A stretch of DNA of 64,000 nt from a virus. Taxonomy: Duplodnaviria; Caudoviricetes. The stretch spans positions 1 to 64,000 of IMG/VR virus record IMGVR_UViG_3300028832_000097; one strand, given 5' to 3'. Of this stretch, positions 20,558 through 31,031 are shown piece after piece. Each line of letters begins with the position of its first letter. Position 1 is the first letter of the stretch. The notes beneath the pieces were generated by a model, which had not been told where the DNA came from, ran no database searches, and saw nothing but the letters and a program-made list of their open reading frames with translations. The translations under genes were made by a program, and so were the position numbers.

Positions 20558-21127
20558 TCATCCATCAGCTATCACCTCGTAAGTATTTGGATCAATCTTA
20601 GCATAGATATCACAGTAAGTAGGATCAAATGCATCATCTATCTTTTCGAGAAACCATGGTTGATTAACAACTTCATCGCGATATGCAGGCCAATTACCGC
20701 TGCCGATACGTGCATGAACATATAGTATATCATCTCGGCCAATGTATTTATTGAACATATTATACTGCTGCTTGTACAAATTAAGCTGATTGCGAACTTC
20801 TGTTTTGATCATCCTTCGCTTTCTTCCGGATAATCTGTCCCATCGAATATCTGTGTAAATATTTGGCTTAGTTGGATCCTGCGATATAAGATACTTATGC
20901 TCCTTAGCAACACGGACTCGATACCGCCATGAACCACCTTGTTTCCATCCGCACTCTACAAGGTCCTTAATAACATCTATTGTAATTGTTTTTATGAAAT
21001 CATCAGTTACTATTGCAGGTTCCTGGGATTTCATAAGGCGATATCCGCGCAACCTAGGCACAACGATGTTATTCTTACTTGCAACAACAGATAGATTAGG
21101 AATCTGTGAATATGCACCTAAATCCAT
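20558..21127 (-). CDS. hypothetical protein
   Basis: Start moved to MDLGAY (GGAGG RBS); follows the AATCGTTAT motif. Confidence 0.65.
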   Translation of the reverse strand: MDLGAYSQIPNLSVVASKNNIVVPRLRGYRLMKSQEPAIVTDDFIKTITIDVIKDLVECGWKQGGSWRYRVRVAKEHKYLISQDPTKPNIYTDIRWDRLSGRKRRMIKTEVRNQLNLYKQQYNMFNKYIGRDDILYVHARIGSGNWPAYRDEVVNQPWFLEKIDDAFDPTYCDIYAKIDPNTYEVIADG

Positions 21128-21223
21128 AAAGTACCTCCGACTAACAATAAAAAATACTTCATACACAATAACGATTTAAGTTAAATGTGTATGAAGTACT
21201 GTGGGGTTAAATATGTAATGTGA

Positions 21224-21712
21224 TTACTTCTCTATCGATTTCAGAACTTTACCTGTATCGTAATTTCTGAGTTCAACAAATTCGTCAAATTCGTCACTAT
21301 CTATAACTAATGCGTAGTAATCTTCGGCTTCATCTAAGTTATCAAACACCTTCTTATCTCCATCAAACCATACCAAGTAACGAGGTTTTCTGTGGATATC
21401 CGAAGACTCTTCAGAAGGTAAAACATCGGAAAATTTGTAGATTTCAAAATCAGGGTCTGAATTTTTCTCAGATTCTATTTCAGCATCCGTTGCAGGTGTA
21501 GCGTATGACCCAATGTAACTACGGTCATCTCGATAAGTTTCATTAGCCCACCACTCAGCTTCATTAGTGTCATTTGCTTCAACAAACGCGATAGCTTCCG
21601 ATACACATGGGCCAGATTCACAATCGCCTTCTTCAAAACCTGAAGATACTTTGAAAATTTGAGAAGCCTTTATAGGTTTTTGAGTTGTAGGATATTTTCT
21701 AAATTGTTTCAT
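21224..21712 (-). CDS. leader-family acidic protein (MKQFRKYPTTQKPIKAS)
   Basis: Long-form leader; AGGAGG RBS. Confidence 0.7.
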   Translation of the reverse strand: MKQFRKYPTTQKPIKASQIFKVSSGFEEGDCESGPCVSEAIAFVEANDTNEAEWWANETYRDDRSYIGSYATPATDAEIESEKNSDPDFEIYKFSDVLPSEESSDIHRKPRYLVWFDGDKKVFDNLDEAEDYYALVIDSDEFDEFVELRNYDTGKVLKSIEK

Positions 21713-22302
21713 CTCTTAAGCCTCCTATGTTGTTGGATAACACGTTCTCTGACATATTTTGGTAATGTACCCATAATATCATCAAATAATGTATCTGTAG
21801 TTTCAAGATTATCTGCTACGCGTAATCGTACAAGCATAGTATGATCTTGAGCAAGCTGTTCTATTACATCTCTAGGTGTGTTAATATTGCCAGCTACTTC
21901 GCCACGTACACTTTCGTCAGGATGCTCAGCTAACTTACGCAAAGTATCTTCTGAAGTATTAGCATTACCTGCTACTAACGCAAGTACCGTAATATTTTTG
22001 GATTTCTTAGCTAATCGTGATAAAGCATCCGGAGGAGTTTTATTAGATCTTGCTACTACAGCACGAACCCCATCATCTGTATCATTTGCAAGCATAGTAA
22101 ATACTGCATCAGGCGTACTAGGATTATTTGCAACAAGTATTCTAACAGATGATAAAGGATCTGCAGCGAGTCGCTTAAGAAGACGTGGATCTTCAGAATC
22201 CACTGCTAAGGATTTTCGCATACCTACATCTTGATTCTCTAGAGATTCTACAGCAGCTTTTACAGATGCATTTTGTTTAGGTAACTTAGTAAATTTATAC
22301 AT
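21709..22302 (-). CDS. leader-family HEAT/LRV-repeat protein
   Basis: MYKFTKLPK...VKAA leader; about 24-aa LAxDxxxxVRxxVAxNxxTP repeats. Confidence 0.75.
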   Translation of the reverse strand: MYKFTKLPKQNASVKAAVESLENQDVGMRKSLAVDSEDPRLLKRLAADPLSSVRILVANNPSTPDAVFTMLANDTDDGVRAVVARSNKTPPDALSRLAKKSKNITVLALVAGNANTSEDTLRKLAEHPDESVRGEVAGNINTPRDVIEQLAQDHTMLVRLRVADNLETTDTLFDDIMGTLPKYVRERVIQQHRRLKR

Positions 22303-22391
22303 AATATTTGATTTCCTGCTTAAATTAGTATGTGTTTCCAGTTAAGAAGTATTCAGCTACGTAATTGAGTAGATGTTTCAACTGTGGTAGC

Positions 22392-22688
22392 TTACTTCGT
22401 TTTGTACTTTCTTGCAAATTCAAAAATCTGTCGAACAAAATCTCGAGAAACATCGTAGATATCTGTGAATTGTACTAATACTTCGTATAATGATGGATCC
22501 GAAATAACAAATCCGTCAAGCGCAGTACATAGACAGTATTCAGAAGGATCATCTTCGTTGATGCCTACCCAAATAGTATCTCCTTGATTATCATATGCTT
22601 CCATACTAAATGTTCCCGAAGCATCCTCTAGAATTATTGAAGTTATTGTAGGTTCGATATCATAAGATGTGTGTATGTATCGTTTCAT
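22392..22688 (-). CDS. leader-family protein (MKRYIHTS)
   Basis: Leader; AACCTT motif upstream. Confidence 0.7.
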   Translation of the reverse strand: MKRYIHTSYDIEPTITSIILEDASGTFSMEAYDNQGDTIWVGINEDDPSEYCLCTALDGFVISDPSLYEVLVQFTDIYDVSRDFVRQIFEFARKYKTK

Positions 22689-22739
22689 TGCATCTTACCC
22701 CTATTCTACAAATTAATTATATAAGTATTTAAGGTTGTA

Positions 22740-22967
22740 CTAGTGGGTCTGAACATATTCGTACACGTATTTCCTCAACCAGCTAGATCTTCGAATCGCG
22801 TGGGATTTCAAAGCACTGGAATAATCATCCTCTATCAAGTAAGTTACAACGTATTCTAGCACGTTGCCGTATTCATCAGGATGTATACTTATTGCCTGAT
22901 CAAGCAAATTATCTAATGCATTCTTATCAGAAATAACCATACCTGAACCTAATTTTGATTTTATCAT
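22740..22967 (-). CDS. hypothetical protein
   Basis: AGGAGG RBS; AATCGTTAT motif upstream. Confidence 0.6.
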   Translation of the reverse strand: MIKSKLGSGMVISDKNALDNLLDQAISIHPDEYGNVLEYVVTYLIEDDYSSALKSHAIRRSSWLRKYVYEYVQTH

Positions 22968-23006
22968 AACATAATCCTCCTTAATTAATGATCATAACGA
23001 TTCATT

Positions 23007-23040
23007 AAAAATGCCCTTACAAGTAACTGTAAGAGCATCT
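23007..23040 (-). terminator. Rho-independent terminator
   Basis: ATGCTCTTACA-gttact-TGTAAGGGCAT followed by a T run. Confidence 0.65.
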
Positions 23041-23064
23041 GAAATATTAGGAAATTATGTGATA

Positions 23065-23466
23065 TCACCGTTCAAAATATATTGAAACAAATTGATTATT
23101 GCGAATATTAAATTTACATTTAGAAAATCCCTCAGAAAAGAGCAAATCGTCGATTTCAGACTTAAACTGATTTTTAGACGCACCTTCCTTTAGATAAAGT
23201 TCAGGATAGTGCCAAGACCTTGGAGGATCTGCACAAATACAGAATGTATAATTGAATTCTAACCGGAATCCATTATACGCTATTGTAGGAGCACCAAAGT
23301 AAGGCTCATCATGTGTTTCAAAATATTTCAAAACAACAGTCTCTAATTGGTCTGCTAATTCATGTTCGTACGCAGGAGTTAATTCCCCACTTTTATCATA
23401 ATCCCTTCCTAACAAAAAGGATGTAGCTAGGATTGTTTTAGGTGTAACACGATATTTCTTAACCAT
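23065..23466 (-). CDS. leader-family protein (MVKKYRVTPKTILATS)
   Basis: Long-form leader. Confidence 0.65.
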   Translation of the reverse strand: MVKKYRVTPKTILATSFLLGRDYDKSGELTPAYEHELADQLETVVLKYFETHDEPYFGAPTIAYNGFRLEFNYTFCICADPPRSWHYPELYLKEGASKNQFKSEIDDLLFSEGFSKCKFNIRNNQFVSIYFER

Positions 23467-23469
23467 AAA

Positions 23470-23991
23470 TCACCTGCTCATGCGATCATACATTTCATAA
23501 GTGTCGTACCTATCATGTATCCTATAGCCTTTATAGGTGTGACCGTCATACATAGGGCCAGCATACTTGTGTAGCATCTCTTTGCGCTTCTCTTCGGATT
23601 GCGCAGGAACATAATCAGGATCATATATAGGATTAGCATGTAGCACTTTGTGGAATGTTGCAGGAATCTTTATTGGAGCGCCTTCGCCATAGATGGTAAT
23701 CTTGCCCTCAATTGTATCATCCTCTACAGGATATTCTTTGTAATCACGTGCTTTCCAATCAATAGAATCCCAAAGTATTTTATCATCTTCTGACCAATGA
23801 CCTTCAAATTTAGGGACATAAATCTTGCTATATACTCCTAATTCAGCAGCCGCACGCTGAATATCTGAAGGTTTCATGTACTTAACTAATGCGTCAACAA
23901 CATCTAACGCACCAATGTTACCATCATTCAGTGCGTTGTGTAAAATTTCAACCGCATCTGGACCGTAAGCTGCTCTAATGTATCGCTTCAT
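23470..23991 (-). CDS. leader-family protein (MKRYIRAA)
   Basis: Leader; AAGGAG RBS. Confidence 0.7.
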   Translation of the reverse strand: MKRYIRAAYGPDAVEILHNALNDGNIGALDVVDALVKYMKPSDIQRAAAELGVYSKIYVPKFEGHWSEDDKILWDSIDWKARDYKEYPVEDDTIEGKITIYGEGAPIKIPATFHKVLHANPIYDPDYVPAQSEEKRKEMLHKYAGPMYDGHTYKGYRIHDRYDTYEMYDRMSR

Positions 23992-24010
23992 AGATCTAAA
24001 CTCCTTTACA

Positions 24011-24187
24011 TCAATTTGTATATTTATAGTTCACATAGAAAGAACCTTCAGGTGTAGCTAACCAATCTCTGTAACTCTGCATAAGTTTTGGAGTTACTAA
24101 ATTCTTCTGTTCAAGACACATCTGTACATACAATTCAGTATGGTAATCAGATAAAAATACAGCAAGTCCTGTTTCGATTCGTGGCAT
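24011..24187 (-). CDS. small hypothetical protein
   Basis: Start moved to MPRIETG (GGAGG RBS). Confidence 0.55.
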   Translation of the reverse strand: MPRIETGLAVFLSDYHTELYVQMCLEQKNLVTPKLMQSYRDWLATPEGSFYVNYKYTN

Positions 24188-24380
24188 AGATACACCTCCA
24201 GAACTGATAATTATGTAAAAATAAACAAGGTTGAAAACTAGCGGATAAACATAGAAAGATGCACCCAATATGTAAATATCAAGTGCATCTTCCTTAAGAA
24301 AGGGATAGTGAAAAAACATTAGGTTCTTTGTAATTACTATCAGTCTCTATATAATGTGCTTTGGCATTAACATATAAGGT

Positions 24381-24722
24381 TCAGCCGTCTGCACCGCCTA
24401 AATATGGTGTGTCCCATGTAGATTTTAAGGTCGATACTTCAATACGAGGTAAATCTGTTTGAGGTTTCTCGTGATAGTTCCACCATTCTTTACCATCATA
24501 CTCACCACGAGACATCCACCAGTGATCTCCTATGATTAACAGATCTTCGACTATTTCTGCATGCCCATATCCCGGATCATAGTTAGTATCCTTTGCAAGT
24601 GTCTCAAACAACTCCTTAGATATCTCAAACCTACGTCCCTGCACAGCTGTAACATCTTCAAATGTATGCCCATGCGCTTTCAAAGTAGTTATAGTTTCAT
24701 CCCACAGATTGCGAGTTTGCAT
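24381..24722 (-). CDS. hypothetical phage protein (R.EYDG.EWW motif)
   Basis: GGGAGG RBS; GATCGTTAT motif upstream. Confidence 0.65.
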   Translation of the reverse strand: MQTRNLWDETITTLKAHGHTFEDVTAVQGRRFEISKELFETLAKDTNYDPGYGHAEIVEDLLIIGDHWWMSRGEYDGKEWWNYHEKPQTDLPRIEVSTLKSTWDTPYLGGADG

Positions 24723-24986
24723 TTAACAACACCTCCCTGTATCTTAGGTACACACAGTATAACGATCACTTAAATTTCAATGTTAAATGACGCATAAACA
24801 ATCTGCAAGTATGGAGGGGGCAGATAGCCTAACATTAAAACTGCATTGTAATGTTTGTCATACAATGCAGTTTCATATTTACTATTAAGTTTGTGTGTCA
24901 AAGTATTGATAGGGAGTAATCTTGTCGATATAGGCGACAAGAAACATTGATTGGCGCTGTCCTCCTATAGATACTATAACGATTTA

Positions 24987-27161
24987 TTAAGCTCTGAACT
25001 GGTCAAGATCGACGCTTGTCGGAAGTGCAATAAGATCAATTGTGATATCGTTGATTACACCAGCAACTGTGATATAAATCTTACCAATTACAGAATTTGC
25101 ATTGACGCTACTAAGTCCATCAATATCTGCAGACATCGTGATATAATAATCATCGATTGCACCTACATTCCGCATGGTATCCAAAGTAGGGCTTACTCCT
25201 GCATAAAATGAGCTGTAAGCTTCCTGGTTGTTATACTGGAATGTGATAGAAATACCAACCTTATATGCAACGTCTTCAATAGCATTTACAAGCCATCTTG
25301 TGCTGAGATTTGCAAGTGCCTGATATGTTGCAGGAGGTACTTCGTAGAGTGTTGAGTTACCCCATACATTCATTCCAAGATCAGGAATGTTTGCAATTAC
25401 GTTTACTCCAACACCTTCAAGTGTTTGCCAGATGTCAAGCAACTTCTTAGGTACGTTGTAATCAAGCTTACCAATCCTAAGATTATGCTTTCTATTTGTA
25501 GGAAGTGCCCATTCATATTGTAATGACTGATTGAGGATCTGTGCTCTCTGAATCATCAATGCTAAGAATGAAGGCGATGCAGGTGTTTGTTTTGCAGTAC
25601 CTACGTAAGTATACTGTCCCCAAGGTGCAAACAATGCAGAATGTGTTGAGAACATTACAGTATTCATAGGTGCATATCTTGAAAGCAACTGTGCGTATCC
25701 TTCCTCACCGTATACTTCGGATCTTGCAACGCTTTGAGGAATGTCAATGTATGCTGTTGCACATCTGCTGTAATAGCCTACATTCATCAATGCAATGTGC
25801 ATAGGTGAGAGTTCGTTGATTGCTAGATCAGAACCAAGTGCTTTGAGGTTCTGGTCATCCCATCCAGGTGATACTACTCTGTTAGGATTATAAGCAAGCT
25901 TATCATATAAGAGAGTAAATACACCATCTTTGACATTTGAACCATCGTTGAAGCCGACAGCTGATGTATATAACCATTCCATGTATCTTGTACTATATGC
26001 AGATACTAGATCGGCTGTACCAGCTTGAATGATAGCATCGATTGCAGATACGTAGTTAGGAGTAGCACTTCCACCTACATATTTGAATCTTGCAGCTGCA
26101 AGTGCTTCAGCTTCTGTGAGTACAGAAGAAACTGTATCAGTATCAACTTCGGCTTGTCTGTCACTGCCACCTGAAAGTGTAGCAACAGTAGTATCAAGCT
26201 GTGTATTATCTGTCATATCAGGTGCAGAGATGTCAATGAATTTTGACTCCACTTCTGACCAATGCAGAATAGTATCATTAGAGTTTTCTACATCAAATAC
26301 AAATGACAGATTTTCAATTGCAGTCTTAACTCCTGTAGAATCTGTAACATAAAGAATAAGATTCCAGTAAGGCTTCTGTGCACCTTCCCAAGCGTAATGC
26401 TTCTTTGTAATTGTTGCACTGAGGTTATTACCAAAAGAACCGGGATATTTTGCAGTTAAGTTTACTAGCGGAGTGCCAACAATAACAGCCTCTTCTTTAT
26501 AATATGTGTTCTCTGCAAATTCGGGTGCTACCTCATCCTTGCGATAGATACCGCCTTCTTGGGCCTTAGCAGTTGACCAAGTTTGCTCCTCATTAGGTAC
26601 ATACTCGTCAGAAGCGTTCTTTGTGTAATAACTTGCCCAGTTCTCATCCCAATCATCAGGCTTGTTCTCTGTGTGAATATCTACGTAATCATCTGCAGCT
26701 ACTACAGGAATGTAATCATCACCAGACTTTGTAAAATAATTTGTATAGTTTGTTGCCCAATCGTCAGGTTGTGCAGAAAGAACAACATATTGTGTAGAAG
26801 ACTCGTTCTTAGAAAACTCGCCAGCTGCTTTACTACCAGGGCAGAGTCTGCAAACAAGCACATCATATCCTGCAGTAAGTAATGTCATTGCTACTTGATA
26901 AGAATAGTCCTTGGACAATCTGTAATTAGTAGCCGGACCTCTATATGCAGCTACAAACTGTTCAAGACCCTGCTGAGTTGCAGGATAACGAATCCATGTA
27001 GCATTTTCTAACGCTTCATCTTCAGATACTCCAACAGCGTCTGCACGGAAATACCCGGGTCCCCAAGCGGCGGTTATAGGCAACGCTACAGTTGCATATG
27101 AACTGCTACCGATGTTGTACGTATAGTTCTGTGAAATTTCATTAATAACTATCTGTGCCAT
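24987..27161 (-). CDS. tail sheath protein
   Basis: IVINEIS, AAWGP, AKYPGSFGN, GVNVI...GMNVWGNSTL, ALANLSTRWLVN and a GKIYI...INDITID C-terminus, all typical of contractile sheath proteins. Confidence 0.9.
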   Translation of the reverse strand: MAQIVINEISQNYTYNIGSSSYATVALPITAAWGPGYFRADAVGVSEDEALENATWIRYPATQQGLEQFVAAYRGPATNYRLSKDYSYQVAMTLLTAGYDVLVCRLCPGSKAAGEFSKNESSTQYVVLSAQPDDWATNYTNYFTKSGDDYIPVVAADDYVDIHTENKPDDWDENWASYYTKNASDEYVPNEEQTWSTAKAQEGGIYRKDEVAPEFAENTYYKEEAVIVGTPLVNLTAKYPGSFGNNLSATITKKHYAWEGAQKPYWNLILYVTDSTGVKTAIENLSFVFDVENSNDTILHWSEVESKFIDISAPDMTDNTQLDTTVATLSGGSDRQAEVDTDTVSSVLTEAEALAAARFKYVGGSATPNYVSAIDAIIQAGTADLVSAYSTRYMEWLYTSAVGFNDGSNVKDGVFTLLYDKLAYNPNRVVSPGWDDQNLKALGSDLAINELSPMHIALMNVGYYSRCATAYIDIPQSVARSEVYGEEGYAQLLSRYAPMNTVMFSTHSALFAPWGQYTYVGTAKQTPASPSFLALMIQRAQILNQSLQYEWALPTNRKHNLRIGKLDYNVPKKLLDIWQTLEGVGVNVIANIPDLGMNVWGNSTLYEVPPATYQALANLSTRWLVNAIEDVAYKVGISITFQYNNQEAYSSFYAGVSPTLDTMRNVGAIDDYYITMSADIDGLSSVNANSVIGKIYITVAGVINDITIDLIALPTSVDLDQFRA

Positions 27162-27268
27162 CAATGTTCCTCCTGTATAATGTGTTTAATTAATTTACGG
27201 TGTTATGATTCACTGTAAATAAGCGGTTCTAAATACAGTAAACACTTGATACCTTTATAGACGTATAT

Positions 27269-27274
27269 AAGGTT
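27269..27274 (-). promoter_or_regulatory. representative of the AACCTTnnwTA motif (putative late promoter)
   Basis: Also near 2767, 3876, 13359, 15256, 17131, 22731, 24227, 31035, 35059, 38730, 39476, 45946, 52635, 53725 and 60821, upstream of - strand genes. Confidence 0.6.
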
Positions 27275-27277
27275 CTA

Positions 27278-27889
27278 TCACTTGTTTTTTAACTCAATGT
27301 GTGTAGACATTTCATATCGGTTCAAATGTCTTGCGGTATATGAAATCAATACACACCCATAACATTGCAGTTGTACTATTGACTGATACAATGTACCCGA
27401 TTGAGAGTATTCAGAGCTTGCCGATGATTTTTCAATATTAGAACCTTCAGGAATTTCAACTGCAAATCTAATCTTGCGCTTGGCCTCATAAGGAAGTTCA
27501 ATAGTCATGAAATACTGCGAAGTGTATTTAAACAGCAATTCTTTTATCATTTCATCCATATCTGCAGTGTTTGTAGTAAGAATTGTCATCTCATACTTTA
27601 AATCAATAGGTATGGCCTTTTCACTATACAACATATTAGTATCAGTATCAATAACTGCAGGCACGCCTCGTTTAGCACGCGTAAAATTGTACCGGTTATT
27701 ATCAATAGTAGTGTTGGAATCTCTATTTAACGCAACCAGCGGAAATGTGATTTCATCATTCTTTATCTGCGCAGCAATTCCTATTATGTTTTCTGGGGCA
27801 ACTACTTTAACAACAGGTTTACCTGTATTTCCGTAATTGAAGGATTGCTCTAAATCTTTAACAATTGCATTATCATATAAGTAGATCAT
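27278..27889 (-). CDS. putative tail completion / sheath-stabilising protein
   Basis: Directly upstream of the sheath; FPLVAL.R and PIDLKYEMTILT motifs resemble gp15-like terminators. Confidence 0.5.
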   Translation of the reverse strand: MIYLYDNAIVKDLEQSFNYGNTGKPVVKVVAPENIIGIAAQIKNDEITFPLVALNRDSNTTIDNNRYNFTRAKRGVPAVIDTDTNMLYSEKAIPIDLKYEMTILTTNTADMDEMIKELLFKYTSQYFMTIELPYEAKRKIRFAVEIPEGSNIEKSSASSEYSQSGTLYQSIVQLQCYGCVLISYTARHLNRYEMSTHIELKNK

Positions 27890-28422
27890 GAACGCTCCTC
27901 CGAAGGTGTATAAGTATCTCCACGATAATCAGTATTAGGGTTCAGGAAATGATTAGAAGTATTGAATGTTTTCTTAATTTCATGCTCAGTGCGACCTACT
28001 GTTTGTTTTTCGTATACTGGTACTACTTGCGCAATTAAGTGGTCAGGAGCTTGTAGATCCATTGTAATTTCTATCACGCGAAAAACTCTATCAGGAAGTC
28101 CGCTATATTGTCCGGATAGTGTAAATAAACTATCACGCTGTACATTAGGTAAATTGAAACTACAATGTATTAAGAATGGAAGATTTGAATCGTTCTCTAC
28201 AACCCATCCATATCGCTTGAATGTTTTTATTTTAGGATTTCCATCAAAGAATATGTGAGTAGGCAAGTATTCAGAATATGCCTCAACCACAGGTTCACCT
28301 TGTGCATTAGTGTCTGCCATCAATGGTTGTTGATATTTTGCAGGAATACCACGAAGCGCAAGCGCTTCATCATAGCGCTTGCGCATCAATTCAATATCAG
28401 AACCTATCAGATTGTTTACCAT
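27886..28422 (-). CDS. putative neck / head-closure protein
   Basis: Lies between portal and sheath; beta-rich C-terminus (RVFRVIEI). Confidence 0.45.
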   Translation of the reverse strand: MVNNLIGSDIELMRKRYDEALALRGIPAKYQQPLMADTNAQGEPVVEAYSEYLPTHIFFDGNPKIKTFKRYGWVVENDSNLPFLIHCSFNLPNVQRDSLFTLSGQYSGLPDRVFRVIEITMDLQAPDHLIAQVVPVYEKQTVGRTEHEIKKTFNTSNHFLNPNTDYRGDTYTPSEERS

Positions 28423-28423
28423 A

Positions 28424-29023
28424 TTATGTGTTACCTTGATTATCTAATATATCTTGAATGTTTGCTACGTAGTTCAGCCAGCTCCAGTCGAACTGTTTTG
28501 TTAAACTTACTTCTGTTATATTCAATGCACTTCCATCAATCGCCAATGCCGTATCCCACTCTTTGTAAGATGCCTCATAAGGATATGAAAGCCACTTAGG
28601 ATTCTTATCTACGTTAAATACTACAACTTTGATGTCAACATGCCCATCTTTGAATTTAACAGGTAGTATTCGTATTTTATCAAATCCAAGTGTTTGTACA
28701 GTTGTTAGATATTCAATCTGCTCTGCCGGAAGACCAGTTTCTGGATGATATTCAATCAAGAATCCAAAATTTTCTAACTGTTTGATAATATCTTCGTTAG
28801 TAAGCTGATTAGCATACTTAGGATAAACTAAATCACCTAGCGGATCAATGACAGTAGCAAATAGTGTACCAAACATACAATGTTCTACAGTTATACGCAA
28901 CCCGGATAATGATGGGTCTTTGTTTATAGATGCAACATGTATACTTAAATGCCTACTAGTATTAGACAAACAGTGTGGTAATTGCTTCCAAGATGAAATT
29001 GTGTATCTTAGTGGATCAGCCAT
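28424..29023 (-). CDS. hypothetical protein (virion morphogenesis region)
   Basis: 199-aa ORF with AGGAG RBS. Confidence 0.65.
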   Translation of the reverse strand: MADPLRYTISSWKQLPHCLSNTSRHLSIHVASINKDPSLSGLRITVEHCMFGTLFATVIDPLGDLVYPKYANQLTNEDIIKQLENFGFLIEYHPETGLPAEQIEYLTTVQTLGFDKIRILPVKFKDGHVDIKVVVFNVDKNPKWLSYPYEASYKEWDTALAIDGSALNITEVSLTKQFDWSWLNYVANIQDILDNQGNT

Positions 29024-29034
29024 TGTGTTATCTC

Positions 29035-29448
29035 CTATGACGCTTCCGTTACTAAATTTGAATCTTCTGACGTAGTATCCGATGAATTAGTAGGTTCATC
29101 ATTCTTAACTATAGGTGAAGAATTTGTTTGTTTCTTATCCTTAAGATATTGCAAAAGCTCTAATTGAAATGCTCGTAAGTAATTTAAATCACCATCAGGA
29201 TATTGGCTGAAATAATATGCTATCATATCAATCTTGAGTTTGAAATACAGCAGATTCTTATCACTTTGTGATACCTCAGGATGCTTATCACAGAATATCA
29301 AGTATCGAGTTACTACGCTAGAGTATGCTTTATGTACTACCGGATCTTCTTTATCTAAAGTTGCAGTAGCAAGTGTTCTAAAATTAGTAGAATTATATGT
29401 ACGTAAATCATGGAAAAATATTTTAGTTAGTTCTAAATTGCTAGGCAT
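29035..29448 (-). CDS. hypothetical protein
   Basis: 137-aa ORF with AAGGAGG RBS, just downstream of the portal. Confidence 0.65.
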   Translation of the reverse strand: MPSNLELTKIFFHDLRTYNSTNFRTLATATLDKEDPVVHKAYSSVVTRYLIFCDKHPEVSQSDKNLLYFKLKIDMIAYYFSQYPDGDLNYLRAFQLELLQYLKDKKQTNSSPIVKNDEPTNSSDTTSEDSNLVTEAS

Positions 29449-29507
29449 AGGATTACACCTCCTTATGATACTGGTTAGATAAATGATGAGTTGATAATAT
29501 GTAATAA

Positions 29508-31010
29508 TTAGAATCCACTATTATCACCTCCTGACTCATTTCCAATATCAATGTTCCAAGTATTTACGTCTGCACCGGTTTGTGGTAATACTTCTGTAAG
29601 TATTTCAGTTATTGCAGTAGTATAATTCTCAACGTCTTTTACACCGAGACTCTTGAGCATTTCTACAATTGCGCTTGCTTGAGATAATGCAGAATCTCTC
29701 TTATCAAACTGGACTGTAGATTGAACAGTTATAATAGGATTCATGTGTAATACAAATTTGTCAATGAAGCCTGACATATTTCTTGCAACAAAGTATTTAT
29801 TAAGAGCATCGCACCAACCGTTCATATATGCAGTTTCCAGACGCTGTAATGCGTTTGCATACAATGCAGATCTCTGTGACATTACTGCACCTGCACCACC
29901 TAATCCTTCACTAGATGAGAAGTTCATTGCTTCCTTAGGTACCCCGAGTACAGACAACTTCTTGTTTTGATAGTATTCCAGCAACTTGTTATCTGCGTCA
30001 GTAGATTCTGCCATATTCAAATCAGTAATAGATATTGCGTCTGCACCGTTTATCTTAGGCAAATAGATCAAGTTATTAGGGCTTTGAGGGTTTACAAACG
30101 ACTGTGCATCTCCTGTTGCAGTATTCAAAGACAATTGTTGTTCTACTGCATCTTTGATTTGTTGAAGTGCATTGCGAATTTCTGTTTCTTCCGTACCTGC
30201 CTCTACATTGAGGAACTTGATAGTTCTACTCAATGAGCTCAGTATCGAAGCATCTTCTAGTAAGCTAAGTGTTTGTGTTGGCTGCACGGCTTGAGCCATG
30301 AGAGGTGTAGCAAACTGTATATCATACTCTTGCGATTCGCCATCTGTAGTAGTTGTAAATATTTTGTAATCGCCTAGCAGACCTCCCAGTGAGAAATGAA
30401 TGCAAGCTTCTTCTGGAACTAACATTGTGTTAGTTATCTGCATATCGTCATCAGGATCTATGATGAATCCTACAGGCTTGCCCATCTGCCATATGTGCAC
30501 AACAGTTTCTGGAGGTAACTTAGTAGAAGGTATGATATCATAATTGTCATTCAGAATTGTATTGTTATCAAGAACAACACCTTTCTGGGAATAATTATTA
30601 GCCGGTACGCTGTATAAAAGCGTAGTAGGAATGTATAGATTACCTATAGTAGCTAACTCTAGTATATGGTCACGTGCATAGTTGGTTACGTTCCAACGTT
30701 TAAATAATTCATTGACAATATCTGCAACTTCTTGATACTTAGGTTCAGATGCCGTTGCCCATATTATTTGACCCGCAGTATTCAATGTAGTAGCATCTGT
30801 TGCATAATAAGATAATGCTGTGCTTATTTGGGCATCTCGAGCCATTGCTCGCATAGTATCTATTTGTGTTTTGATGTCAGCAAAATCAGTATTACCACGT
30901 ATATCTGACATCCTATACAGGCCACCTGTTACTAAGGTGCGCAACCAAGACGTATTTTGTTTATACTTGTGACCTGACGGAAGTAACCGTTTCATCCAAT
31001 CCATTGCCAT
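29508..31010 (-). CDS. portal protein
   Basis: 500 aa downstream of the terminase; M..D..ISTAL..YA.DAT, GNLY and LEYYQNKKLSVLGVPKEAM are gp20-like portal features. Confidence 0.85.
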   Translation of the reverse strand: MAMDWMKRLLPSGHKYKQNTSWLRTLVTGGLYRMSDIRGNTDFADIKTQIDTMRAMARDAQISTALSYYATDATTLNTAGQIIWATASEPKYQEVADIVNELFKRWNVTNYARDHILELATIGNLYIPTTLLYSVPANNYSQKGVVLDNNTILNDNYDIIPSTKLPPETVVHIWQMGKPVGFIIDPDDDMQITNTMLVPEEACIHFSLGGLLGDYKIFTTTTDGESQEYDIQFATPLMAQAVQPTQTLSLLEDASILSSLSRTIKFLNVEAGTEETEIRNALQQIKDAVEQQLSLNTATGDAQSFVNPQSPNNLIYLPKINGADAISITDLNMAESTDADNKLLEYYQNKKLSVLGVPKEAMNFSSSEGLGGAGAVMSQRSALYANALQRLETAYMNGWCDALNKYFVARNMSGFIDKFVLHMNPIITVQSTVQFDKRDSALSQASAIVEMLKSLGVKDVENYTTAITEILTEVLPQTGADVNTWNIDIGNESGGDNSGF

Positions 31011-31031
31011 TGTAGTAATCCTCCAAAAATA

